Shown one piece after another: positions 63,590-64,000 of a stretch of 64,000 bases of DNA. The notes under the pieces are model-generated. The model saw nothing but the letters and a program-made list of their open reading frames with translations, searched no databases and was not told where the DNA came from. The position numbers were made by a program, and so were the translations under genes. The stretch lies in assembly GCF_009914755.1 (NCBI RefSeq), contig NC_060947.1; one strand, 5' to 3'. How positions within the stretch are numbered: the first letter of the stretch is position 1; every line of letters begins with the position of its first letter. Source of the DNA: the human T2T-CHM13v2.0 reference genome, Homo sapiens.

Positions 63590-64000
63590 CAGCCAAAATG
63601 AGTAAACATATGAATTCTTGTAAAACTTTAAGAAATACAAATCTGAATACTGTATGAACTTTTCCAAGATCAATAAAGTAGAAAACTTCAAATTGTTACT
63701 TACAACCATAACACTGACAACAAACCATTACAAAACAATACCCCCAAAACCCCTAAGAACTAATATCTCTAATAAATTTTGATGAAAATATCTTAAATAT
63801 AACATTAGCAAATGAAATCAAGCATTTAATTAATCGTATATTAAACCATAACTAAGTGGAACATTTATAAAAAATGTAAGGATGATTCCATAAAGGGAAA
63901 TCATTATTATAATTTACTATATCAAGAAACCAAAGGAGGAAAATATAGTTATCTCAATAAATTACAATGTGATATTTATTATAATTCATTATCCATTGCT
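63590..64000 (+). mobile_element. Ancient L1ME-like ORF2 fragment
   Basis: gatgaaaatatcttaaatataacattagcaaatgaaatc resembles [13 protein letters not shown] coding region. Confidence 0.65.

Overview
This is AT-rich primate (human-like) genomic DNA made almost entirely of nested transposable elements: L1 of many ages (L1ME/MD/MC/MB/MA, L1PB, L1PA3/4), four Alus, three two-LTR MaLR proviruses (two THE1, one MST-type), solo or truncated LTRs, ERVL remnants, MER58/MER44 DNA transposons, MIR and L2. I find no host protein-coding gene, RNA gene or CRISPR array; the long ORFs are disrupted L1 or MaLR-internal frames. I see no new biological system. The most interesting signals are structural: (1) a full-length L1PA4 (36.0-42.2 kb) and a twin-primed L1PA3 (56.6-59.6 kb) share four non-consensus ORF2 variants including a frameshift, suggesting local gene conversion; (2) a ~280-bp palindromic templated scar at 6.9-7.2 kb joins two truncated elements; (3) two MaLR LTRs are fused in inverted orientation at the same LTR coordinate (61.4-61.7 kb); (4) a TSD-flanked L1 has its 5' end joined directly to its 3' end. 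Subfamily names come from remembered consensus sequences and need RepeatMasker/Dfam confirmation; boundaries of old elements are approximate.
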